Positions 62,835 to 64,000 of a stretch of DNA of 64,000 bases are shown here, piece after piece. The position numbers were made by a program, and so were the translations under genes. The notes under the pieces are model-generated. The model had not been told where the DNA came from. It did not search any database and was given only the letters and a program-made list of their open reading frames with translations. The DNA lies in the NCBI RefSeq assembly GCF_018977255.1, contig NW_024704743.1, forward strand, positions 5,210,001 through 5,274,000, written 5' to 3'. The first letter of the stretch is position 1. The number at the start of each line of letters is the position of its first letter. Origin of the DNA: Callorhinchus milii. Its lineage: Eukaryota.

Positions 62835-64000
62835 ACAACAACAAAATTACATGTGTATAGCGCCTTTCATGTTAGGAGGACTTCCCAAGATGCTGGACAG
62901 TCAGTGTTTCGGACACGAGCTGCGGGTTGGGATTGGGGAGGGTGGAGGGCAGGCGTGGGGAAGGAAGGTGATTGAAAGCATGATCGAAGAGGAGGGTCTT
63001 GAGATGGGTCTTGAAGGAGACAAGGGGGCGAGGTGGAGGGACTGCAGGATGGAGTTCCAGAGGGTGGAGGCAGAAGGCCCTCCCGCCAATGGTGGGGTAG
63101 GCAAGGTGGGGAACGTAAAGCAGGCTGGAGCCCCCGAGCGGAGGGAGTGAGCAGGATAGTAGGGAGTTAGGAGGTCACAGAGGTAGGGAGAGAACGAGGC
63201 CATGGAGGGCTTTTTGAAGGATTAGGATCTCGAACTGTATCCTCTGTGATGGGAAGCCAGTGGAGTCGGGCGAGGATGGGGCTGATAGGGTCACGGAGCT
63301 GGGTGCAGGAGAGGACACGGGCTGCAGAGTTCTGGCTGATCTGCAACCTATGGAGGAAGGAGCTGGGGAGACTGACAAGCAAGGAGTTTGCATAGTCAAG
63401 CTTGGATGTTATGAATGCGTGTATGAGAGTTTCGGCAGCCTGAGGTGTGAGACAGTGGCAGAGCCGGGCGATGTTGCGGAGGTGGGGGAAGGCAGAGCGG
63501 GTCATGTTATGGATGCGGGGTAGAAAGGACAGTTGAGGCTCAAAGAAGACGCCAAGATTCCGGACTGGCTTAGTAAGGTGGAGTGTGCAACCATGGATGG
63601 TGATGCTGTCAGCGCCTGAGGTGTGGAGGCACTGACGGGAGCCAATCAGGAGAGCCTCGGTCTTGTTGACGGTCAACTGAAGAAATTTAGCTGTCATCCA
63701 AGACTTGATGTCTGACAGACATTCTGTCAAAACAGCAGTGGTTCTGGAGTCAAGGATGGAGGAAGAGAGGTATCGTTGGGTGTCAACTGCATACATGTGG
63801 AAGTTGACCCCATGTGGATGATGTCACCAATAGAGAGCATATAGATATTGAAGAGGAAAGGACTAAGGACAGAGCCCGAAGGAACATCGCACAAGATGAT
63901 GCGGGGACTAGAGGAGAAACCTGTTGTGGAGATGAAGTGAAGGCGTGTGAGAGGTATGATCTGAACCATTCAAGGACAGAACCCTGAAGATTGAGCGCCT
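62835..64000 (-). mobile_element. L2 LINE ORF2 (RT and C-terminus) with 3' tail, degenerate
   Basis: VPSGSVLSPFLFNIYM (GVPQGSVLGP motif), YAVDTQ (decayed YADD) and CLSDIKSWMTAKFLQL...LIHAFITSKLDYANSLL...LHWLP, with frameshifts. Confidence 0.92.

Noticed and set aside
61000..64000. Terminal ZC3H3 exon and an intact L2 reverse transcriptase
   Set aside because: I found no IKPRL-like coding after a phase-1 acceptor. The L2 ORF is frameshifted with YADD decayed to YAVD, so it is not active.

Overview
This is eukaryotic, intron-rich vertebrate DNA. The repeat content (Deu-domain and tRNA-derived SINEs with L2-type tails, L2, CR1, RTE and Penelope-like fragments) suggests a cartilaginous fish, which is an inference. 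The window lies inside one + strand gene, ZC3H3 (five CCCH zinc fingers, nuclear RNA surveillance/PAXT-associated). Ten internal coding exons, corresponding to exons 2-11, splice with GT-AG boundaries into one continuous frame of 2832 nt. The first and last coding exons were not found in the window. The 5' end is CpG-island-like. The introns are mostly retroelements, tandem repeats and AT/TAAT-rich unique blocks that look like conserved non-coding elements. Almost all ORFs in the six-frame track are repeat-derived or spurious. I see no prokaryote-type system and cannot support a claim of a wholly new system. The best leads are: a repeated short linear motif in ZC3H3; a tandem array of copied splice acceptors before exon 6; a 376-nt AG-free zone before exon 5; strongly GC-biased divergence of repeats at the CpG island; an unclassified retroposon-like family that seeded a minisatellite; and a Penelope-like hairpin with a hammerhead remnant. 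Repeat boundaries were read by eye and are approximate.
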